Shown here: positions 1 through 11,861 of the stretch, piece after piece
Layout: each line of letters begins with the position of its first letter
Numbering within the stretch: the stretch's first letter is position 1
DNA from: an uncultured Verrucomicrobiae bacterium
GTDB taxonomy: Bacteria > Verrucomicrobiota > Verrucomicrobiia > Chthoniobacterales > JAFAMB01
Direction of reading: 5' to 3'
DNA length: 64,000 bases
Assembly (NCBI GenBank): GCA_963782115.1
Contig: CAWAIK010000001.1
Span: 640,001 to 704,000 of the forward strand
The notes under the pieces: model-generated
Told to the model about the DNA's origin: nothing
What the model saw: only the letters and a program-made list of their open reading frames with translations
Databases searched by the model: none
Program-made: the position numbers and the translations under genes

Positions 1-97
1 GTGGTGGCCTGTTCGCGATTCCGGAACGAAAGGTAGACTTCTTCGCTTCCTGCAGGGTCATGCCGCGGCGCAGTTTTGGATTCTGGCTGTTATTCAT
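1..97 (-). CDS. 5' part of a hypothetical protein running off the window (MNNSQNPKLRRGMTLQEAKKS...)
   Basis: ATG at 97 preceded by GGAAGGAG Shine-Dalgarno; open frame to window edge. Confidence 0.4.
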   Translation of the reverse strand, partial: MNNSQNPKLRRGMTLQEAKKSTFRSGIANRPP

Positions 98-119
98 GGC
101 TCCTTCCCGGTGAGATCTG

Positions 120-245
120 CTATGGTTTGTCGCGAGTTCTGCACCGCAAGTTGTTTAGGATGGCAGTTCCGTCCGGCGTCCCCAGGCCTGTGCATGCGTC
201 CCATCCCGGTCCGGCCGCGTAGCCCTTGATCGTATTCTTGATCGC
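120..245 (-). pseudogene. C-terminal fragment of an S53 (kumamolisin/sedolisin) peptidase
   Basis: GYAAGPGWDACTGLGTPDGTAIL matches the C-terminal Ca-binding motif of S53 peptidases; no catalytic body upstream. Confidence 0.6.
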
Positions 246-565
246 GTTCGTCCTTGGAGGAGAGTTCGAGCACTCGGCGAGCGAAGGGAAGTAGTTCCAC
301 CGGGGAGCGTGGCGTGTGGCCGCGTCCTGAAGCTCGACTTGAAGAGCGGCGAACCGAGCCGACGCATCGCGCTCTGAAGTCAGAAGGGCGACAGTCCGCT
401 GCGAAGCAGCTTTAAGTTGAGCGATTTGGTCCGCAGTCGCTTTCAGATTATCCCGAGAGCGCCTCGAATCGAGTCGTAGCGGCGTTTGTGGCGTGATTTG
501 GCCGACGGCTAACCAATTGAAAACATCATATTGCATGTTGAGCATCATACTTGTATATTAGCATC

Positions 566-793
566 ATGCGAACAACGGTGATGATAGAGGATGATGTTTA
601 TGCAACAGCAAAGCAGATAGCGGAGAACTCCGGACGGACTCTTGGAGAGGTCATTTCTCGACTCGCTCGAAAAGGCCTCGCGTCGGAACCGTCGTTCGAC
701 ATTAAAAATGGCGTACCTGTCTTCCGAATTGGGAATTCTGCAGAAAAGATTCCTGGAAGTCGGGCAGCAGAAATCCTCGATGAGGACGATTGA
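566..793 (+). CDS. vapB: VapB-type ribbon-helix-helix antitoxin
   Basis: MRTTVMIEDDVYATAKQIAENSGRTLGEVISRLARKGL is a typical RHH antitoxin; overlaps downstream PIN gene. Confidence 0.85.
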   Translation: MRTTVMIEDDVYATAKQIAENSGRTLGEVISRLARKGLASEPSFDIKNGVPVFRIGNSAEKIPGSRAAEILDEDD

Positions 794-1218
794 TGGCCAA
801 ATACCTGCTCGATACCGATGTGCTCTTAGCCCTCGCTTGGCCAAGCCATGAATTCCACGAAGCGGCTCACAGCTGGTGGACTCACTCGAGAAAGAGATGG
901 GCAACATGTGCCTTGACCGAGCTAGCTTTTATCCGACTTTCGTCCAACCCAGCTTTTACACGGGACGCAGTCACTCCCTACGAAGCTGCCACACTTTTAG
1001 AGCGCCTCGTTGCTCTCGAACAACACGAATACTGGAGTGGTCTCCCACATTTAAGGCGAGAAGACTTCCGCAACCTGAGCGGCCATAAGCAGCTCACGGA
1101 TTTCTATCTGACGAAGCTGGCTGCTGTACACGAAGCAAAATTGGCGACATTTGACTCTCGGATTCATGCCATTACAACACCAGAAACGTTAGAGCTAATA
1201 GCACGCTATGAAGTGTAG
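790..1218 (+). CDS. vapC: VapC PIN-domain ribonuclease toxin
   Basis: YLLDTDVLLAL...TELAFIR...QLTDFYL...LATFD PIN acidic motifs; coupled to the antitoxin. Confidence 0.9.
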   Translation: MMAKYLLDTDVLLALAWPSHEFHEAAHSWWTHSRKRWATCALTELAFIRLSSNPAFTRDAVTPYEAATLLERLVALEQHEYWSGLPHLRREDFRNLSGHKQLTDFYLTKLAAVHEAKLATFDSRIHAITTPETLELIARYEV

Positions 1219-1607
1219 TAAGAAATCGCGGGTAAACCGCGGATGTTGCCGGTTCGAGCCGATTATGTTCTCAGTCGCTACAGCTAGTCAGTTATGCCGA
1301 GATACCCGGAAACCCGAGCCTTGACGGAACAAGCCGTTCGCCATGTTTTGTCCGAGCAGGAGAAGCATCTTAAGCGTTCTGACTCCGATGCGCTTAAGAA
1401 CGTCCTCTTGCGCCTCAACCATCTGGCGACAGACACGAACAACTGGAAGCCGCTTCCTCTGGGCTGATGTTCTCGTAGATTTCGATAGATAAACCTTTGT
1501 GCCCCCTGGGGCAATTTGCTGTCCCTCCGAGGTAGGGAAAGTCGAAAGTCTGACCGTCTAGCTCTAGCGTTAACTTGATGACTCCGAAAGACTTTCCGAC
1601 CTGATCT

Positions 1608-2065
1608 TTTGCCGACCGCGCCGTTGCCGAGGAACAAGGCCTTAACCTCTGCGTCGATCCGTTGGCCGGACTTAAGGTCTGCATAGTGGGCGCGGACTTT
1701 ATCCAGGACGTTTTGAAAGTATTCCTCGCCGCAGACTTCAAAGGGGAGATCATCCAGCTTGCAACCAGCAAGGCTAAGATTCTTCAACGTAGGTAGCAAG
1801 GATTCGAGCGGGGCAAACCGGCGAACACCAAGACAGTTATCCAGGTAAAGCGACTGGAGCGAGGTGAGGCGCTCCAGCGGGGAAAGATCGCTGAGCCGGA
1901 AGCACCAGGAGAGATAAAATAAAGCGATTGGAGCGAGGTGAGGCGGGCCAACTCTGGCGGAAGCCGATCCAATTCAAGTCCGCTGAGATCTAGCTCAATC
2001 GCTCCGGTCTTTTCCGCTTCGCGGATACGGAGCGGGGTTTCCTCGTAGGCTTCTTCCGGAATCAT
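1608..2065 (-). pseudogene. N-terminal relic of an LRR-Roc (Roco) protein
   Basis: RIREAEKTGAIELDLSGLELDRLPPELARLTSLQSL (LRR), frameshifts, then EVKALFLGNGAVGK (start of Roc P-loop) where homology stops. Confidence 0.75.
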
Positions 2066-2095
2066 AGGTGGAATAGTCCTACTATCCTAACACTG

Positions 2096-2134
2096 GGCTG
2101 TCGGCAACCGGCACATTACCGGTTGCCGACAGCC
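2096..2134. repeat. Perfect 16-bp inverted repeat with 7-nt loop
   Basis: GGCTGTCGGCAACCGG-cacatta-CCGGTTGCCGACAGCC. Confidence 0.9.
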
Positions 2135-2139
2135 GTACT

Positions 2140-2900
2140 TCTTGGGAGGAATCGTCGCCCCAGGCGAACGAAGCGAAAATTTACGGTGTGCCTTTGGGAG
2201 GAGCTCTGGTCTGGCTGTGATTTCCAGTAGTTTGAGCTCTGGTCTGGCTGTATTTCGCAGTAGATCAGCATCTTCGCCGAAATCGGCGAAGCTGATGTAT
2301 TCGTCGTATTGGGCGTGGGAGGAGAAGTGCAAAATACCAATACGGAACGGTTGAATCTGTTCGATCTTCGGCACCCGACCGACCGGCAGCTTTCGGAGGG
2401 TGGATCAAGCACCAGATCGATCAATCTTTCCGCATTCTCGCCCCATGCCCGAAACCGGATATTGCCCGCGCCAGCTTCGCTCTAACCGTCATCCCACCGG
2501 GTCTCGATTAAAACTTGGATGCGTGTTGTCCGTTCGTAGAACCAGCAGCCGTACTTCCGGTAAATGGTCGCGTCTTCGGGGTGGCGACCAAGTTTCGAGA
2601 GGTAGCCGCGCAGGATGCCCTCATGGGAGAAAAGTATACTGGCTAAAGCGTCCGTGGAGTTTCTTGATCTGTTTAAAGATTTGTCCTGATGGAATATCGA
2701 ATAGATTGGTTCCAAGGCCCAATTCTGGTCGAGAATGATGCGGCCGCCGAAAAGCCCTGGCCGATAAAAGATGACGCCGTTGTGGTGCAGAAAATCAAGC
2801 AGGGCTTCTTTATCGCTAATCCCACCCACTTTGTCACGAAGGCTGTCAAACTCGGTTCGTTCCAGCAACCGGTGTTGGCGTTTGGCAGGTTCGCGCATGG
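2140..2900 (-). pseudogene. COR-domain to TIR-start relic of a Roco protein
   Basis: ALLDFLHHNGVIFYRPGLFGGRIILDQNWALEPIY (COR); deletions, stops and a tandem duplication near 2201-2257; ends IFASFAWGDDSS (TIR-like beta-A). Confidence 0.65.
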
Positions 2901-2918
2901 GCTTGTGAGATTTTCGGG

Positions 2919-4370
2919 CTAGTGGGGAACGGAGGGCATCAGGCCGATCGCGATCTGCGGGAAGATGCCCAAAACGAAGATAAGGACCACCATAATCCAC
3001 ATGGCGACCAACGAGAGTCTGCTGACAGGAATCGCTGCTACATTCGCCGGCGGAGGCTGCCAATACATTGCCTTCACCACTTTCAAGTAGAAGTAGAAGC
3101 CGCAACCGACGGTTAGGATACCGAGCGCGATCAGGAAAAATTGCTGAGTCTCGAAGGCCACTTTGAAAACCAGAAATTTGCCCAGAAACCCGGCTGTCAG
3201 GGGAACGCCAGCGAGCGACATCATGGCGACCAGGAGGCCAAACGCCAGGAACGGAGAACGCTTACCGAGACCATTGAAGTGAACGATGTCGTCGCCGTCT
3301 GCATGCGCGCTTACGATCACCAGGACCAGGAAGGAGAGGAGAGTCATCAATAGGTAAGCGGCAAGATAGACGACTACGGCTAGCCCGGAATCCCGAGCCC
3401 CGATTGCTGCCACGGCGATCAGGAGGTAACCGGCATGACCGATGCTGGAATAGGCCAGAAGACGCTTAAAGTTGGTCTGAGGCAGCGCCGCAAGATTGCC
3501 GTAGAGCAAGGTGGCGGCTGCCAAAAGAATGATCGCTGTGATCAATCTCTCTCCGACAGCCGGGAGACTCTGGAACGCTTGCACGACGCGTAGAAGGACG
3601 ATGAACCCGACAGACTTCGAACCAACTGAGAGAAATGCGGTGATCGGCGTTGGAGCGCCCTGATAGACATCGGGAACCCAGAACTGGAAGGGAGCGGCAG
3701 CTATCTTGAACCCCAGACCGACCAGGACGAGCAGCGCACCAAAAAGAAGGCCGGACTGATTGTCCAGAGGTATCGAGGGAAGCACCCGCTCAATCTGGGT
3801 CAGATTGGTCTGTTGCGTGATGCCGTAAATCCAGGTGATACCATAAACGGTGAAGCCCGTGGAAAGTGCGCTCAGGATCAGGTATTTAACGCCGGCTTCC
3901 AGCGAAGCCGCGTTCCTGCGCATGTAAGCCACAAGGACATAAAAAGAAATCGTGACCAGCTCCAGCGATACGAAAATCAGGATAAAGTCGATGGCCGATG
4001 ACATCCACATCATCCCGGCGCAAGTCAGTACCGGTAGCGCGAAAAATTCGCCAAGACCGGCCTGATGAGAACCTCCCGGCAAAAAACGCGTAATCGTGTC
4101 GGCATAATCAATCGACATGATCAGGACGACGATCGTCGTTACGACGGCGATCTTCTTGAAGAAGATCGCCGCGGGATCGACCACATAAGAGGCCATTCCG
4201 CTGGGTCCAGGGACACTTGCCTGGAGAAACAAGAACACGATGGCCAGTCCGACGATTCCAATGACTGCGAAAATTTTACGATCCCGCTTCTCGGAGAAGG
4301 ACTCCAGAAGCAGCATCAGGATTCCGAGGGCGAGGACGAACAATTCTAGGAAAACTGGAGGCATTGTCAT
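2919..4370 (-). CDS. nuoN: NADH-quinone oxidoreductase subunit N
   Basis: GFKIAAAPFQFWVPDVYQGAPTP, KRLLAYSSIGHAGY; last gene of operon. Confidence 0.95.
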   Translation of the reverse strand: MTMPPVFLELFVLALGILMLLLESFSEKRDRKIFAVIGIVGLAIVFLFLQASVPGPSGMASYVVDPAAIFFKKIAVVTTIVVLIMSIDYADTITRFLPGGSHQAGLGEFFALPVLTCAGMMWMSSAIDFILIFVSLELVTISFYVLVAYMRRNAASLEAGVKYLILSALSTGFTVYGITWIYGITQQTNLTQIERVLPSIPLDNQSGLLFGALLVLVGLGFKIAAAPFQFWVPDVYQGAPTPITAFLSVGSKSVGFIVLLRVVQAFQSLPAVGERLITAIILLAAATLLYGNLAALPQTNFKRLLAYSSIGHAGYLLIAVAAIGARDSGLAVVVYLAAYLLMTLLSFLVLVIVSAHADGDDIVHFNGLGKRSPFLAFGLLVAMMSLAGVPLTAGFLGKFLVFKVAFETQQFFLIALGILTVGCGFYFYLKVVKAMYWQPPPANVAAIPVSRLSLVAMWIMVVLIFVLGIFPQIAIGLMPSVPH

Positions 4371-5845
4371 TTAGCGAAAAGCCGAATTCCTGGTTCAACA
4401 GCATCCAAAACAGTTCTCGGCAGCAGGCCGACAACGAGCAATGCGGCGACCAGCAGAACGACGGCCCAGCCAAGGTTCATGGGCATGTCCCGTACCGCAT
4501 GCCAGCGGGCCTGGCGTTCTCCCATAAATATCGCCCGATAAGCTCGCAACATATAGACAGCAGAGATCACGACGCCCCACAGGGCGATGGTGCCAACGAT
4601 TTGAAATTCATTAAATCCGGCGCCCGGCGTTGAGTTTTTGAAAGCGCCAAAGAAAACCAGGAGCTCAGAAGCGAAGTTCGCAAACCCTGGGAGTCCGATG
4701 GAAGCGAACGTTGCCAGTCCAAAGACAAAGCAAAGCGTTGGCATACTGGTTCCCAATCCTCCTAGATCGAGGTAATTGAGTGTCCCGGTCTGCTTTCGAA
4801 GTTCGCCGCACATTGCGAAAAGCGCGGCGATCGATAGCCCATGAGCCAGCATGAGCAGAGCAGCGCCATTGAGGCCGATGACGTTATAGCTGGCAATGCC
4901 GAGGAAGATGTACCCCATGTGCATCACACTCGAATAGCCGAGGGTTAGGTCGAGCTGTTTTTGAGAGATCGTAGCCAAGCCCACATAAAGGATGTTCCCA
5001 GCCAGCAGGATCAGAAGCAGCGGGGCCCAATGCCGCGCCGCCTCAGGCATCAGCGGCAGTGCCACTCTTAATAGACCGTAAAGTCCGAACTTCTTTAACA
5101 CACCGGCGTGCAGCATGGCAACCGGCACCGGTGCCGATGAATAAGCTTGAGGAGCCCAGGTATGAAATGGAAAGAGCGAGACCAGAATCCCGAAGCCGAT
5201 CAATAAAAGGATGTAGACTGATTTGGATCCCGGTCCCGAAAATACGCCGGTCGATGCGAGTTGTTGAAGTTTTTCGATGTCGAACGTTCGCTGCTGGGGC
5301 GGCGGTAACAGGTAGAGGCCGATCAATCCGACCAGGAGAATGATGCTACCGATTGACAGATAAATGGTGATTTTCCACGCGGCGCTCTGCCGGTTGCCCG
5401 ATCCCCAGATCCCGATCATGAGGAAGGTGGGGATAAGCGCCAATTCATGAAACGCATAAAAGAAGAACAGATCGAGAGAAGCAAATGCTCCGGCGGCCCC
5501 GGCGGCGATTAGAAGGATACACGCATAATACCGGTTCTCTCCATAGTCCACTTTTGGAGCAAGCCAAACGGCGGCGAGTTCTACAATAGAGGTCAGGAGC
5601 AACAGTGTCGCGCTTAGGCCGTCTACGCCGAGGAAAAATTTCAAATCCCAGCCGGCGACAAGGGGGAGGGAACTCGCGAACTGGTATCCGGCGTTAGCGC
5701 GATCGTAACCGAGAAATACAATCAAAGCCGAGACCAGCGCGATGAGGGCAGCTATGACAGCAGTTCTCCGCGCAGGTAGTCCGAGCAGAATACCGAGTGC
5801 AGCGACGACTGGTGCAAGATAAATCAGGTGAACCAGTAAATTCAT
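4367..5845 (-). CDS. nuoM: NADH-quinone oxidoreductase subunit M
   Basis: FFLGVDGLS, FHELALIPTF, FPFHTWAPQAY, YSSVMHMG; starts MNLLVHLIYL at 5845. Confidence 0.93.
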   Translation of the reverse strand: MNLLVHLIYLAPVVAALGILLGLPARRTAVIAALIALVSALIVFLGYDRANAGYQFASSLPLVAGWDLKFFLGVDGLSATLLLLTSIVELAAVWLAPKVDYGENRYYACILLIAAGAAGAFASLDLFFFYAFHELALIPTFLMIGIWGSGNRQSAAWKITIYLSIGSIILLVGLIGLYLLPPPQQRTFDIEKLQQLASTGVFSGPGSKSVYILLLIGFGILVSLFPFHTWAPQAYSSAPVPVAMLHAGVLKKFGLYGLLRVALPLMPEAARHWAPLLLILLAGNILYVGLATISQKQLDLTLGYSSVMHMGYIFLGIASYNVIGLNGAALLMLAHGLSIAALFAMCGELRKQTGTLNYLDLGGLGTSMPTLCFVFGLATFASIGLPGFANFASELLVFFGAFKNSTPGAGFNEFQIVGTIALWGVVISAVYMLRAYRAIFMGERQARWHAVRDMPMNLGWAVVLLVAALLVVGLLPRTVLDAVEPGIRLFAK

Positions 5846-7633
5846 TTTGTGCCAGAACAGAACGAAGTAAAGCAGCAAGACTACCCCTGCCCCAAAGAGA
5901 AACGCGTAAGCCTGTAGATTGCCGATCTGAAGGAAACGCAGGGCGAAGCCGAGGCCCCAAGTGATTCCTCCGAGACCTCGCACTATACCGCCGTCAATCA
6001 CCCAGCGATCGAAGAAACCCGAAACATTGGCGAGCAGGTCCTGAGTCCATTTGATCAGGCTGCCGTAAAACTCATCGATGTAGAACTTGTGTTCGAAGAG
6101 AGGGATATCAATGCCGTCCTTGTTCCTGTCTTTGTAGAGGTAGAAGCCGGAAGCCGCACCTGCTGCGAAAGCGATGAGCGAAACCGCGATCGCGCCAATG
6201 GGCGAACCTTCATGTTCAGGTACTTTGATGAAAATCGAGGCGACAAACGGGAATCCGGCGATACACGATGGAATCGCCAGAAGTATCAGGGGAACGGTCA
6301 TTACGGTGGGCGATTCATTGGCGTGTCTGGCGTGATCTGAGCGAGCCTCCCCAAGGAAAGCGACAACGAAAAGCCGGGACATGTAAAAAGCGGTCAGGAA
6401 CGTGACCAAGGCGATCGCAAGAAAGGCAGGAATATTCTGGCCGGCCGACGCCAGGATGGCGTCCTTGCTCCAAAATCCGGCGAAAGGCGGGCAAGCGATC
6501 AAGGCCAGGGTGCCGATGAGAAAAGTCCAGAAGGTCACCGGCATTTTGTTCCGCAGACCGCCCATCTGCCAGATATTCTGCTCATGATGCAGGCTGTAGA
6601 TAACTGAGCCTGCGCCGAGGAATAAAAGCGCTTTGAAAGAGGCGTGGGTGAAAAGGTGGAACATGCCCGCCTGTGGAACTTCCAGACCGATAGCGGCAAT
6701 CATCAAGCCGAGTTGGGAAAGAGTCGAATAGGCAAGAATACGCTTGATGTCGTCCTGTTGCGTCGCCATGAGCGCGGCGAGCAACGAGGTAATCAACCCG
6801 ATCCAAAGAACGACGGTGAGCGCGGGCGGGGAAGGCTGGAACAGAAAGAAGGTGCGTGCCAGCATGAAGACCCCGGCGGCAACCATCGTTGCGGCGTGGA
6901 TCAATGCAGAGACAGGAGTCGGCCCTTCCATGGCGTCTGGCAGCCAGACGTGCAGGGGAAACTGCGCAGATTTTCCGACTGGCCCCGCAGAAGATAAGCA
7001 GAGCCGCGGCAGTCATGAACCCGGGACTCAATCCGAGAGTCGACCAGTGCTGACTGAGTTCGTCGAAAGAGACCGTTCCAGACGCTGACCAAACCAGAAG
7101 GATGCCGAGCATGAATCCGAAATCACCGATGCGATTGGCCAGAAAAGCCTTATTGGCGGCGTCGGGAGGGGCAGGGCGATAGAACCAATGACCGATCAAG
7201 AGATAGGAACTGACTCCGACCAACTCCCAGAAGATGAACATCATGATGAAGTTGTTCGCCAGCACGATCCCAGCATCGAAAACGTGAACAGGGAAAGCCC
7301 GCAGAAATAGCGGGAACGTCCCTTGTCATCCGCCATGTAGCCGATCGAATAAATGTGGATCAGGAGTCCGACACCACTCACCACCAGAAGCATCAGTTTG
7401 GTTAAATCGTTGATCAGATAACCGATCTTGACCTGGAACACCCCCAAATCGATCCAGTTGAAGCTGGCCGATCCGTCTTGACCGAAAAAGACTCCCAAGC
7501 TGAAAACAAACGAGATGGCGACCGCCGCAACGGAGATATACGAGCTGAGCTTCTTGAACCGCTCAGTGACCAGAGCGATGACAAAAACAGATACAAACGG
7601 TGCAAAGAGAATGATCCACGGACTCGAGTTCAT
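5842..7633 (-). CDS. nuoL: NADH-quinone oxidoreductase subunit L (apparent frameshifts)
   Basis: Pieces 7241-7633, 6582-7265 and the N-half of 4367-6931: FWELVGVSSYLLIG, MEGPTPVSALIHAATMV, DIKRILAYSTLSQLG. Confidence 0.92.
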
Positions 7634-7636
7634 TCG

Positions 7637-7954
7637 TCAGAATTTCAATGTGTTGATGTCCTCGATATGCGTGGTTTGTCTGGCCCGGAACAGCGCGACG
7701 ATGATGGCCAGTCCGACGGTAACTTCTGCGGCGGCGACAGTGATGATGAAAAACGCCAGTACCTGTCCGTTATAGTCCGGTAAGCCGTCGTGCACGTTAT
7801 ACCTCGAAAATCCGATCAACGAAAGATTTGCCGCGTTGAGCATCAACTCCAGGGCCATGAAAATGATGATGACATTCCGGCGGAGTAAGACCCCGGCAAA
7901 CCCGATGGCAAATAACAGGCCACTGGCAATCAGATAATCATTGAGCGTCACCAT
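7637..7954 (-). CDS. nuoK: NADH-quinone oxidoreductase subunit K
   Basis: [32 protein letters not shown]. Confidence 0.96.
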   Translation of the reverse strand: MVTLNDYLIASGLLFAIGFAGVLLRRNVIIIFMALELMLNAANLSLIGFSRYNVHDGLPDYNGQVLAFFIITVAAAEVTVGLAIIVALFRARQTTHIEDINTLKF

Positions 7955-7956
7955 GG

Positions 7957-8460
7957 TTATTTGAGCTCCCGTTTGCTTAGTATCACGACGCCGATAGACG
8001 CCACCAGGATCAGTGTTCCCACCACCTGAAGCGCAATGTTATAGCGCTGGAAAAGGACCATTCCAACGTGCCAGACATCTCCTTGGGGCCCCTGGTAGAT
8101 CGCCTGAAACTTGGCGTTCCCTCCCTCGAAGCTGTAACTGACGTCTGCCAGAACCTTGACAAAGAGGATGATCACGATGAACCCGCCGCACATTGCCGGA
8201 AGATTTATCCGGCGGCGGACCTCCGCCTTGAGATCCAGCAGCATGATGATGAAAAGAAAAAGGACCATGACCGCTCCCGCGTAGACCAGGATCTGGATCA
8301 CCCCGATAAAATAGGCGTCGAGCGAAACATAAAGAGCGGCCAAGGCGAGAAAGGAAACGACCAGGCTCAACGCGCTGGCGACTGGATTGCGGTTAAGCAC
8401 CACCATCCCGCCGAAAACCAGCATGATCGCAACGAAGATCCAGAAAAGTAATGGTGACAT
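7957..8460 (-). CDS. nuoJ: NADH-quinone oxidoreductase subunit J
   Basis: [27 protein letters not shown]. Confidence 0.95.
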   Translation of the reverse strand: MSPLLFWIFVAIMLVFGGMVVLNRNPVASALSLVVSFLALAALYVSLDAYFIGVIQILVYAGAVMVLFLFIIMLLDLKAEVRRRINLPAMCGGFIVIILFVKVLADVSYSFEGGNAKFQAIYQGPQGDVWHVGMVLFQRYNIALQVVGTLILVASIGVVILSKRELK

Positions 8461-8464
8461 TCGG

Positions 8465-8996
8465 CTATTTCTTGTCGTTCCACTTGTTAACCAGTCCGGT
8501 CATGACACCGCCAAGTTCGTAAAGCTTCTTCTTGTCGTGCACCATCTCCTGCCTGGTCAGGCCGGTGATGGCGTAATCTTTGCGCAAGAAGATGGCTTGT
8601 TCCGGGCAAACCTCTTCACAGAGTCCGCAATAGATGCAGCGGATCATATCGATCTCGAATTCCTGTGGAAATTTCTCGACCTTGCGCCATCGGTCTTCTT
8701 GCGGAATTTCTCCGGGATGAATGGTGATCGCGCGCGGCGGACAAATGAACTCGCAAAGTTGACAGGCAACGCAGCGCTCGCGCCCATGTTCATCCGTCAC
8801 AAGGGTCGGCGCACCGCGGTAGTGCGCCGGTAATTGCTTGTCCCATTTTTCCTCCGGGTATTGCATGGTGATTTTCTTTTTGCCCGAAAGAATCTTGACG
8901 AAGTGACCGGATGGTAATCCCAAGACCGGTTAAGATCGCGGGTAGATAGGCCTTTTCCGCAAAGGTCAGTTTTGGACGGGCTACGGTATACGCCAT
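8465..8996 (-). CDS. nuoI: NADH-quinone oxidoreductase subunit I (one apparent frameshift)
   Basis: Two ferredoxin motifs CVACQLCEFICP and CIYCGLCEEVCP; N-terminus in ORF 8790-8996. Confidence 0.95.
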
Positions 8997-9008
8997 GGCT
9001 CTAGCTCC

Positions 9009-10185
9009 TTACTTTCGCATGAAAGGCAGAATGACTGCGACGATGAAAACATTTACCAGAGCGATCTCGATGAAGAAATACCAGCCAAGCCTCATCAACT
9101 GATCGTATCGAAAACGCGGCAACGTCCAGCGGACCCAGATAAAAAAGAAGAGGAGCAGAGCCACTTTGACAAAGAATGCCGCAATGTGAATGAGTCCGAG
9201 GATAACTCCCCAGATCGTATAAGGATTAGCAATCGTTGTCGGCAGGAATGGAACATGCCATGCCCCAAAGAAAAGGGTGACGATGACCGCCGAGCCGACG
9301 ATCATGGCTGCGTATTCACCGAGAAAAAAGAGGGCAAACTTCATCGACGAATACTCGGTGTGATATCCGCCGACCAGTTCAGTCTCCGCCTCGGGCAAGT
9401 CAAACGGCAAGCGGTTCGTTTCGGCGAACATGGAGATGGTGAAAACAATGAAGGAAATGAAAAGCGGGATCCAGAGGATGATTTTCAGGATGTCGAACGA
9501 TTGGATAATCTCCTGAAAATTAATGCTTAGCGGAAAAAGGCTGATACCCTTGATCCAGATCGGAGAAATCAGCCAGCCATGGACGGTTTGGTACCTGACG
9601 ATTTCCGACAAGTTGAGAGTTCGGCAGATCATGAAGATCGGGATGACCGATAAGGCGAGCGAAAGCTCGTAGGAAATCATCTGGGAACTGGATCGTATCC
9701 CGCCAAGGAACGGATACTTCGAGTTCGAGGACCAGCCGGCCAATACGATGCCATAGACGCCGAGGGAAGAAACGGCAAAGACCCATAGAACTCCGACGTT
9801 CACGTTGGCGACCACCATCGGCTCGCCCCAAAGCTGGCTTCCAAACGGAATCACCGCAAGAGCCATCATGGAGGGAGCCATCGCGCAAGCCGGCGCCAAC
9901 CAGTAATAAAACTTGTTAACGTGAGCCGGTGTAAAATCTTCCTTCAACAAAAGCTTCACCGCGTCTGCGATCGGCTGGGCAAGACCGAAGAATGGGATGT
10001 CTTTCTGGAACCCGAACAAGGTAAGAGGGATCCCGACTCGGTTCGGGCCGAGCCGGTCCTGGATCATTGCGCTCACACGTCGCTCGGCATAGACCGTGTA
10101 CGAAACCATCGGGAGAATGATCACGAAGATCAATCCCATGGTCTTGGCCAGCGAAACCAGGACGAGTATCAGAACCGTGGGTCAT
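9009..10185 (-). CDS. nuoH: NADH-quinone oxidoreductase subunit H
   Basis: ERRVSAMIQDRLGPNRVG, AETNRLPFDLPEAETELVGGYHTEYSS; apparent indel just after start. Confidence 0.95.
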
Positions 10186-11852
10186 ACCGTCGCGGACGCC
10201 TCCTCAGTCTCTTCCACAAGCTGGACGCCCTTGTCGCTGATCCTGCTAAGCGATAGCGCATTCATGTCGGGAATCGAGTCTGTAATTTGTTTGAAAACAT
10301 CCTCAATCAGATAGATCCCGTTCGATCCCGTCAACTGCTGGATCAGGTCACGAATAATTTCCCAATCATCTCGCGCTGATTCCAGGCGGTTGCGTGGCAC
10401 GGTTCAAACGTTGCAGTCGTCCCTTGATATTGATCATCGAGCCGCGTTTCTCGGAGAAAGCGGAAGAGGGAAGCAGGACGGTGGCACTGCGAGTCGTTTC
10501 GTTTGGCAGGATATCAACGACGATCAAGGCAGCCAATTTCTCTCAGCTCGTCCACGGTGAGCCCAAGTTGCGTTAGATCTTCGCCGAGACGCGACCACCG
10601 CCTTGATTGCGCCCGATCTGATCTTGCTCGGCAATCTCCTTTAACGCGGTGCCGGGTTTTTCGCCGGTGACTCCGATGAGCTGGGCGCCCAGGGTGTTCG
10701 GATTCCGGTCAGCGCTCATCAAGATCTGATCGGCTTTCCCGGTTCGAGGAACGACATCGTGATGCGACGTGCCAATCGAATCGATCAACCTTTTCGTCAG
10801 CCAAAGTTCTTCGTTCGTCATCCTCGCAGAAGCAACGACGGCGACTTCGTCCTTCTGAAATTGCTTCAACTCTTCTCCGGCCTTTACCAGCGCGCTGTTC
10901 CAGGCGGTGTCGACGAGTCCGTGGTTTTCCCGGACCTGCGGAGTTTTAAGTCGATCGGCGGAATTGACAGAGTGGAAGTTCAAACGGCCGTAGTCGCACA
11001 TCCAGGCGGAATTCACCGCATCATTTTCTCTGGGCGTTTGCCGGAAAATTTCGTTTTGCCGAGTGCCGATGACCGTGTTGCAACCGGTCCCGCAGCTCGT
11101 ACAGATGCTCTTGGTTTCTTTGAGGAACCAGACTCGCATTTTGAATCGAAAATCGCTGCTGGTCAGAGCTCCGACCGGACAGATGTCGACGGTGTTCAAT
11201 GAATAATTGCTATCGAGCAATTTGTCAGGGTACGCGGTCAGGTAGGTATGGCTCCCACGACTGACAAATCCTAACACGTCGTCATGAGCGACCTCCTTCA
11301 TGAAACGAATGCAGCGGGAGCAGAGAATACAGCGCTCATCATCGAGCGTGACTCGAGGGCCGATTTCGACACGTTTCGGTTTTTTGACCTTTTCCTCGAG
11401 AAAGCGGGAACCGCGCGGTTCCAAACTCGACGCTGTATTCCTGGAGGTAACACTCGCCGGCCTGGTCGCAAATCGGGCAATCGAGCGGATGATTGATCAG
11501 AAGAAACTCCATGACCCCATGCCGGCATTCTTGAACCATCGGTGAATCGGTTCGAATTCCCATGCCTTCCGCAATATCCTGAGCACAAGAAATCTGCGGT
11601 CGCGGGATCCAGTTGATTACCGGTTTGCCATCTGCGCCCGATCTCCGGTTTCCGGTCTGGACCGAGCTTGGGCATGCCCATTTCGATAAGGCACATGCGG
11701 CAATTGCCAGGTGAACTGAGCTTCGGATGGTAACAGTAGTGAGGAACAAACTTTCCCGCTTGAGCGCACGCCTCAATGACGCGCGTACCCTTCTGGAACT
11801 GATGCCAGATGCCGTCGATCTGGACGTTGAGTAGTTCTTTTGGTGCGCTCAT
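10182..11852 (-). CDS. nuoG: NADH-quinone oxidoreductase subunit G (several apparent frameshifts)
   Basis: [58 protein letters not shown] across consecutive ORFs. Confidence 0.92.
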
Positions 11853-11861
11853 TGTAAATCG

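Noticed and set aside
4367..6931. Apparent NuoL-NuoM fusion
   Set aside because: Junction CACAAAATGAAT becomes a standard ATGA stop/start overlap if one A is removed from the run
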